Source: Deltaproteobacteria bacterium (lineage in GTDB: Bacteria > Myxococcota_A > UBA9160 > SMWR01). From it: a stretch of DNA of 38,769 nucleotides. This document shows, piece after piece, positions 36,280 through 38,769 of this stretch. Position numbers and translations under genes: made by a program. The notes beneath the pieces are model-generated. The model was not told the origin of the DNA. It was given only the letters and a program-made list of their open reading frames with translations, and ran no database searches. Position 1 is the stretch's first letter, and each line of letters starts with the position of its first letter. The stretch spans positions 1 to 38,769 of the forward strand of contig JAQBGU010000136.1 of the NCBI GenBank assembly GCA_032128375.1. Direction: 5' to 3'.

Positions 36280-36774
36280 GTGTCGCGAGTACGCGCCTGG
36301 GACATCCCCTCTTGGGGAAAACGAGAAAACGCCAGGCAAAGCCAGACCGCACGAGCGGGCTTCACATTGATGGTTGTTGTGTTTGCATGGGCCGTTATGG
36401 GGCCGCAAGCCCGGGTTCTGGTGTGCGAGGCGCCCGTCGAACACGAAGCAGTGGGGGGCCACACCACGGTTGTCACGTGCAATGGGGACCGGACCGCCGA
36501 AGCTGCGCTGCGCGGTCCAGCACGCAGATTGTTCGGACACCCAGTCGATCTCAACTGCAGCGATCTGCTCACGCTGGAGACGCTGACGGGGATCGGTCCC
36601 GCGCGTGCGCAGGCGATCGTCGAGGAGCGACACCGCGGGAGGTATCAGCGTGTCGATGACCTGATGCGCGTTCGCGGGATTGGTCCAAAAACGCTGAGCA
36701 GGCTGCGCGATGAGTTGGTGGTGGAAAATGGACAAGCTTCAGTAGAATCACCGGGTTGCCGCACCAACGGCTAG
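36280..36774 (+). CDS. comEA: ComEA-like helix-hairpin-helix DNA-binding protein
   Basis: VDLNCSD...LETLTGIGPARAQAIV..R...Y..VDDLMRVRGIGPKTL; N-terminal hydrophobic segment; start uncertain. Confidence 0.8.
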   Translation: MSRVRAWDIPSWGKRENARQSQTARAGFTLMVVVFAWAVMGPQARVLVCEAPVEHEAVGGHTTVVTCNGDRTAEAALRGPARRLFGHPVDLNCSDLLTLETLTGIGPARAQAIVEERHRGRYQRVDDLMRVRGIGPKTLSRLRDELVVENGQASVESPGCRTNG

Positions 36775-36837
36775 CCGCCCGACCCGCTCCATTCTCCCCG
36801 CTCGCCTCCCCGTGTATGGGGACGGAAGGGATCGCTG

Positions 36838-38223
36838 ATGACGCTTCGACAAGCGATGCAACGCGCTCGGGGGTTCTTGCGCGAGGAATTATGGGATCCA
36901 GCGTTTCGATTCCAGCCCCACTCAGGGGCCCGATCGATGGGCCTGTTGGATCGCGCGCTCGGCCCGCTGCGGTTCGCGGTAATGACCGCAGAGGGTTTCG
37001 TGCGCGACCAGCTGCTTCTGCGCGCAACCGCGATGAGCTACTTCACGGTCCTGTCGTTGATACCGATCATTGCGATCGTCGTGGCGATCGCCGGCGCGAT
37101 CGGAATCGACAGCGCGTTCGAGGAAAAAATCGTCGAAAGCATCGCAGCCGGCGTCCCGGCTGCCCAGGCGCTCATCATCGACTTGATTCGCAACGCGAAA
37201 TTCAGCGCACTCGGCGGCGTGGGAGCCGCGGTGCTGCTGCTGACTACCGTGATGGGAATCAGCAATGTCGAACGATCGTTCAACTCGATCTGGCGTGTGA
37301 AAAAGGCGCGGAGTTGGGGACGGCGCTTCCCCGACTACCTCGCGATTTTGATCGTGGTTCCGCTGCTGGGGGCGGGATTGTCGATTGCGACTGGACTGAA
37401 GAGCCCGTGGTTGGTGGAACAGCTCCTCGAGTTTCCCTTGTTCGACCGGTTTTATCACATCGGTCTTCAGCAACTTCCGTGGCTGGTGCTGTCACTGGCC
37501 TTTTCCTTGATGTTCTGGTTTCTCCCGAACACGTCCGTTCGCTTCGCGTCCGCGGCACTCGGAGGCATGGTGTCGGGAGTTCTCGTGCTGTGGGCACAAG
37601 GTGCCTATGTCGGGTACAGCGTCGGCGTCGCCAAGGCCGATTTGCTGTTTGGGACCTTCGCACAGCTGCCTCTGCTGTTTATCTGGATCTACATCTTCTG
37701 GGCGATCGTTCTATTCGGCGCCGAAGTCGCATTCGCTCACCAAAACCTGGCCTCGTATCGCAGCGCAATGATGGACGCACAGGCGGGGCCCGCGCAACGA
37801 GAGGCCGCTGCGCTGCGGGTCGTGATCGCAGTCGCCGCTGCGTTTCGCGATTCGGCGGTGCCGCCCACAGCCGATGATCTCTCCGAGTCGCTTTGCTTAC
37901 CAGTCCACACCGTGGGCGATATCGCCGATCACCTCGAGCGGGCGGGGATCCTCGCAGCGCGATCGATGCCCGAAGGCGGAGCGTATTCGCTGGCCCGGCC
38001 CGCAGAACGGATCCGCGTGGCCGACACCCTGGCCGCGCTTCGCGGCGAGCGCGCTCAGAATGGCGATACCGATGAAATCGTAGAGCGTGTTTTGGCAGAG
38101 CTGGATAGTGTGGTCAATCGCGGCCCGGGTGGCAGATCGATCGCAGACCTGCTCAGCGAGGTGGCCGAGCCGGTCGCAAGCCCAGAAGACATGACCAGCC
38201 CCGCGCCGGACCGCGTCGCTTGA
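36838..38223 (+). CDS. YihY/BrkB-family inner membrane protein with C-terminal Rrf2-like winged helix
   Basis: RATAMSYFTVLSLIP, VERSFNSIW, LPNTSV, FGTFAQLPLLFIWIY..W.IVLFGAE; C-terminal LERAGIL...GGAYSLARPAERIRVAD. Confidence 0.88.
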   Translation: MTLRQAMQRARGFLREELWDPAFRFQPHSGARSMGLLDRALGPLRFAVMTAEGFVRDQLLLRATAMSYFTVLSLIPIIAIVVAIAGAIGIDSAFEEKIVESIAAGVPAAQALIIDLIRNAKFSALGGVGAAVLLLTTVMGISNVERSFNSIWRVKKARSWGRRFPDYLAILIVVPLLGAGLSIATGLKSPWLVEQLLEFPLFDRFYHIGLQQLPWLVLSLAFSLMFWFLPNTSVRFASAALGGMVSGVLVLWAQGAYVGYSVGVAKADLLFGTFAQLPLLFIWIYIFWAIVLFGAEVAFAHQNLASYRSAMMDAQAGPAQREAAALRVVIAVAAAFRDSAVPPTADDLSESLCLPVHTVGDIADHLERAGILAARSMPEGGAYSLARPAERIRVADTLAALRGERAQNGDTDEIVERVLAELDSVVNRGPGGRSIADLLSEVAEPVASPEDMTSPAPDRVA

Positions 38224-38256
38224 CCCGGTTTCATGAGCCGCGATCTTCTCCCTTCC

Positions 38257-38285
38257 TTGACCCACTCTGGGCCCGCCAGTAGCGT
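38257..38285 (+). promoter_or_regulatory. Probable sigma70 promoter of the cysteine desulfurase gene
   Basis: TTGACC-17 bp-TAGCGT, about 25 bp upstream of ATG 38310. Confidence 0.5.
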
Positions 38286-38309
38286 CGCAGGCCCAGATAC
38301 GAGTTGTCG

Positions 38310-38769
38310 ATGCGTGTCTATCTAGATCACAACGCCACCACTCCGCTTCGCGACGAAGTCGTCGATGCGATGACGCGTGCGCTACGTGAGACATTCGGGA
38401 ATCCCTCCAGTGTGCACGAAGAGGGGCAGGCTGCGCGCCGTAAAGTCGATCGTGTACGCGAAGCCGTGGCCGGGCTCTTGCGTGTTTCGTCCGGCGAAGT
38501 GTTGTTCACCGGGGGTGCGACCGAATCGAATAACACGGTGCTACTCGGGTTGATTCCGGCGCTGCCCGGGGACAAGCGGCATATTGTCAGTTCGGCGGGC
38601 GAACACCCGTCGGTCGACGCGCCACTCGAAATTTTGAAGCATCGCGGTTGGCGTGTGACGCGTGTCGCGGTGGATGCAGACGGGTTGCTCGACCCCGACG
38701 AAGTGGCGGACGCGATCGAGCCTGATACGGCGCTCGTATCGATCATCTGGGCCAACAACGAGACCGGAG
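38310..38769 (+). CDS. iscS: Cysteine desulfurase (IscS/NifS family), 3' end runs off the window
   Basis: MRVYLDHNATTP, FGNPSSVH, FTGGATESNN, EHPSV, SIIWANNETG. Absent from the ORF track because there is no stop in the window. Confidence 0.93.
   Translation, partial: MRVYLDHNATTPLRDEVVDAMTRALRETFGNPSSVHEEGQAARRKVDRVREAVAGLLRVSSGEVLFTGGATESNNTVLLGLIPALPGDKRHIVSSAGEHPSVDAPLEILKHRGWRVTRVAVDADGLLDPDEVADAIEPDTALVSIIWANNETG

Overview
GC-rich bacterial chromosome segment. The gene order tilS-ftsH-folP-cdaA-cdaR-glmM-pdxJ-acpS-nnr-tsaE-lysC, plus a bactofilin and a PEP-CTERM protein, suggests a Myxococcota/deltaproteobacterial organism (inference). From 1 to about 24.5 kb the window is accessory and metabolic: two tandem histidine kinases, a TolB-N-like exported protein behind a sigma54-type promoter, a tRNA-Met(CAT) followed by an IS3 remnant fused to a decayed spermidine-dehydrogenase-like tail, a His-motif membrane protein with a TPR partner, GST, exported SurE, bactofilin, a GGDEF-EAL protein, two amidohydrolases, a DHH phosphoesterase, a frameshifted NHL-repeat PEP-CTERM gene, SixA, peptide deformylase, a sulfatase-like protein, RidA, PiT with DUF47, an acyl-CoA ligase and a double-MaoC protein. 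From 24.6 kb onward it is a conserved housekeeping superoperon ending in comEA, a YihY-wHTH gene and a partial cysteine desulfurase. The most striking observation is that the adjacent pdxJ and acpS homologues are full-length, uninterrupted ORFs that have lost catalytic residues (nearly all in PdxJ, the key Glu in AcpS) while their neighbours keep theirs, making them a candidate pseudoenzyme pair. Short tandem-repeat expansions also recur at gene ends. All calls come from reading motifs by eye; no searches were run.
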